The notes under the pieces: generated by a model
The model's database searches: none
What the model was told of the DNA's origin: nothing
What the model saw: the letters and a program-made list of their open reading frames with translations, nothing else
Shown: positions 62,919 to 64,000 of the stretch, piece after piece
Layout of the letters: every line of letters begins with the position of its first letter
Position numbering within the stretch: position 1 is the stretch's first letter
Position numbers and translations under genes: made by a program
Source of the DNA: Antedon mediterranea
Lineage: Eukaryota; Animalia; Echinodermata
NCBI RefSeq assembly: GCF_964355755.1
Contig: NC_092674.1
Location: 16,306,001 to 16,370,000, forward strand
Length of the DNA: 64,000 bases
Direction: 5' to 3'

Positions 62919-64000
62919 ACAGTGTCCCTTAGGAAGATGAAAAAAAAAATCAGATAGTAGGACTGGAGCTTAAGTTGGCCATTAGTCATAGCCATTTCAG
63001 TTTTTTGTTTATTTTAAAACATACTGCGCGTGTGTGAAGGTACAGTAGTTAAATAATAGAAATTATACTGCAAATTAATGAAGATCAAATTAAATATACG
63101 CCATAAAGAATCAGAATATATTGTGGGGAATAGTATTATAAAATTACATAGGGAGATTTGATGATAAGACATTTTTCGAGTAAAATCCCGATAGCTGAGT
63201 TTTATTGAGAGTAAGCTTGCAGGAATAACTGTAGGCTATCTTCCTGTGTCCCGTTAGGACCGAGATGTCTGCCCATGTTGCAAGCCGTAATGTCTTCTTT
63301 CTTGGGCCCACTCTGTCACGGCAGTTAATTTCAAAAGATGATTAAATTAAATAATGTATTAATAATTATTAGGATGGTATTCATTTGAATAAACGCCTCT
63401 CCAACAAAACATCACTTTGAATAATAACCCCCCCCCCCCCCCCACCCCCCACCCAACCCAACCCAACTATCTAATAAACGTCCATCCACATCTCTATATA
63501 AATTTACGTAAGGGCAAAATTCGGTAAATCACGCGTTATTTCTAGAATGTTTACTCGATGGTATATAAAGTTGGTTCGTACTTTCGGTACTGATTTTAAC
63601 CGCCTGATGTAACCCTATTTACTAATTAAATTGAGTTCGATAATTAGTTATTGACGATTAAAACGAATTTAGGTTCAACGATTTGCCCCAAATAGGGGTG
63701 TTTTTCGATCGTGGTATACACTGTCTAATGGATGTCCGACTTGAAAAATACCCGCAGACGATAATACGAAGATGCTTCGCATTTTCCTATCTCCTCCTAC
63801 GATAATTGTTTTTAATGGCTGAAAACCGGCTGAACAGCTCGAGTACAGCATCATAATGTTGAAGACAGGCCAATTTTCTTTAAAAAATACTATTTTGATA
63901 GATTTAATATACTGTAACGTTTCCCTGCCTCGTTGTTAGCGGGTTCGGCGTCTGTGTTATTACGACGACGATAAGTAAGTAATATGACGTACAGAAGCAC

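Noticed and set aside
51058-64000. Remaining 3' exons of LRRC63
   Set aside because: No exon with the expected C-terminal Cys-containing motifs was found; they are probably beyond the window.

Overview
AT-rich animal genomic DNA with spliceosomal introns and many decayed transposons. The TAGGCCTA-rich tracts and repeat content suggest a marine invertebrate such as an echinoderm (inference). Three things dominate. (1) 457-14288, minus strand: the 5' part of an extracellular LRR receptor-like gene. It has a signal-peptide exon, an LRRNT exon and at least 12 tandemly duplicated 72-bp phase-2/2 exons. Each of these encodes one 24-aa LRR, and they differ mainly at the ligand-facing xLxxN positions, by almost exclusively nonsynonymous changes. 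The gene runs off the left edge. (2) About 25240-34230: a ~9-kb CpG-rich, intronless, gene-dense island of orphan ORFs, partly frameshifted. It looks like an endogenous large-DNA-virus fragment, and one ORF has a motif layout resembling herpesvirus/mirusvirus capsid triplex proteins (my pattern reading, needs a structure search). (3) 36842 to beyond 51057, plus strand: an LRRC63 orthologue whose introns hold a deleted Gypsy element, CR1/L2-like and Rex1/Babar-like LINEs, a BEL/Pao element and nested MITEs. No searches were run, so family assignments come from motif recognition.
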